Made by a program: the position numbers and the translations under genes
The notes under the pieces: model-generated
Database searches by the model: none
What the model saw: the letters and a program-made list of their open reading frames with translations, nothing else
Told to the model about the DNA's origin: nothing
Part shown: in pieces, positions 62,345-64,000 of the stretch
Layout: the number at the start of each line of letters is the position of its first letter
Numbering within the stretch: the first letter of the stretch is position 1
Origin: Heterodontus francisci
Lineage: Eukaryota
Length of the DNA: 64,000 bases
NCBI RefSeq assembly: GCF_036365525.1
Contig: NW_027142279.1
Location: 558,001 to 622,000 of the forward strand
Direction of reading: 5' to 3'

Positions 62345-62940
62345 TTCCCCAGATCACTCTCTATAATAATCCCTCATTCTCCAGATCACTCTCTATAACA
62401 ATCCCTCATTCTCCAGATCAATCTCTATAACAATCCCTCATTCCCCAGATCACTCTCTATAACAATCCCTCATTCTCCAGATCACTCTCTATAATAATCC
62501 CTCATTCCCCAGACAACTCTCTACAATAATCCCTCATTCCCCAGGTCACTCTCTATAATAATCCCTCATTCTCCAGATCACTCTCTAAAATAATCCCTCA
62601 TTCTCCAGATCACTCTCTATTAAAATCCCACATTCTCCAGATCACTCCCTATAATAATCCTTCATTCTCCTGATCACTCTCTATAAAAATTCCTCATTCT
62701 CCAGATCACTCTCTATAATAATCCCTCATTCTCCAGATCACTCTCTATAATAATCCCTCATTCTCTGGATCACTCTCGATAATAATCCCTCATTCTCCAG
62801 ATCACTCCCTATAATAATCCCTCATTCTCCAGATCTCTCTCTATAAAAATCCCTCATTCTCCAGATCACTCCCTATAATAATCCCTCATTGTCCAGGTCA
62901 CTCTCTATAATAATGCTTCATTCTCCAGGTCACTCCCTAC
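62345..62940. repeat. 32-bp minisatellite, about 18 copies
   Basis: Unit CCAGATCACTCTCTATAATAATCCCTCATTCT. Confidence 0.93.
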
Positions 62941-64000
62941 AATGATGCAGAACAACAGTGAGAAGGATTTCAAACATTGAGCTGGAAAATTGTGTTTCAC
63001 TTCAAACCAAGAGCACACTAATTCCCTAATGGGACACTGTGGATGAATAAAGACATGAGGGTGTTGGGGAAGGGGAGGAAGGAGTGTACACTCTGTCCAT
63101 GGGTGGCAGCTGGCAGCACGCCAAGAGAGAAAGTGAAGGGAAGTCAAGTCCAACAATTAGGAAGTCAGATTTGATCGGACAGTAGGGAGTGAATTTACTG
63201 ATTATATAATTCATCTTGTAATTGATCTGGGAGATGTGTTAAACACATTGCTATATATTCTCAGTCATGCTCTGTAATCTTCCTCCAATCATTGAACACT
63301 GCAGTTTATGGATCATTTCACTAATCGCTGTTGAGCTGATGAAATTGTTTGATTGGCAGTGATAATATTTTTGGACCATTGTATCGAGTCCAATGGGTTG
63401 CAACCGTGATTACTGAGTGATTTCTCTCTGCAACTTTTAATCTTTAATAAAGCATGTCTGGGCATTAACCTGCACTCTGTGTTTGTATGTGTGACTCCAC
63501 TCATTTTTCTGGGGTTAAAGTTACTTTTGTTAAAATTAAACGACTGTTTGATCTCTTTCGCACACACACACAATCTCTCTTTCTCTCACTCTCTCTCGCT
63601 TTCTGTCTTTCTCTCTGTCCCAGGCTTTCCTTATCTTGGGCACTCTACCTCTCATTCATTTTTCTCACTTTCTGTACACCCTCTTTTCCTCTAATTTCTC
63701 ATTTTCCTTCTTACTCTGTCTCCATCACCCATTATCTCGTAGTCTCTCCGTCTCTCTATTTTCCTTTCCATTTCGTTCCCCCCCACATCCCCCCTCTCTC
63801 TCTTCTCTATTTCTCTCTCTGTTACTTGCTCTCGAACACTCTTGCTCTTTGTGGTTGGTTTATCTCCGACTTCTCCAATCGATCTTCAATAACTGAAATT
63901 CCTCATCCCTGGAACCATACTCGTGAATCTTTTCCGTTCTCTCTCCCTATGACTTATCAACAGGGTAGATGCAGGTAAGATGTTTCCCTTGGTTGGGGAG

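Noticed and set aside
62345-62940. CRISPR-like appearance of 32-45-bp repeats
   Set aside because: Head-to-tail tandem units without unique spacers, in a vertebrate genome

Overview
Vertebrate genomic DNA, most likely a shark (CR1-dominated repeats, an HE1-type SINE and a shark-style GPR139-like exon). The core (12.1-51.4 kb) is a minus-strand cluster of T-cell receptor beta-type V gene segments: 13 V exons, each with a spliced leader and a 23-bp-spacer RSS, plus one orphan leader. They fall into three duplicated families (A, B, C) and two singletons. Seven look functional; the rest carry stops, a frameshift, loss of the second Cys, or RSS defects. I found no D, J or C segments. On the RSS side the cluster is bounded by the first coding exon of a GPR139-like GPCR. 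On the promoter side lies a divergently oriented gene with two coding exons (56923-57020, 58320-58965). It encodes a 247-aa signal-peptide protein with the motifs of secreted AID/APOBEC-like deaminases (SNAD family), but with CSE instead of HxE at the first zinc ligand; this is the most interesting item. CTCF-like motifs accompany several V segments, including an 8-copy tandem array next to one RSS. The rest is LINE/SINE relics, two young CR1 copies, minisatellites, AG/CT tracts and four assembly gaps. All family assignments come from motif recognition by eye, not database searches.
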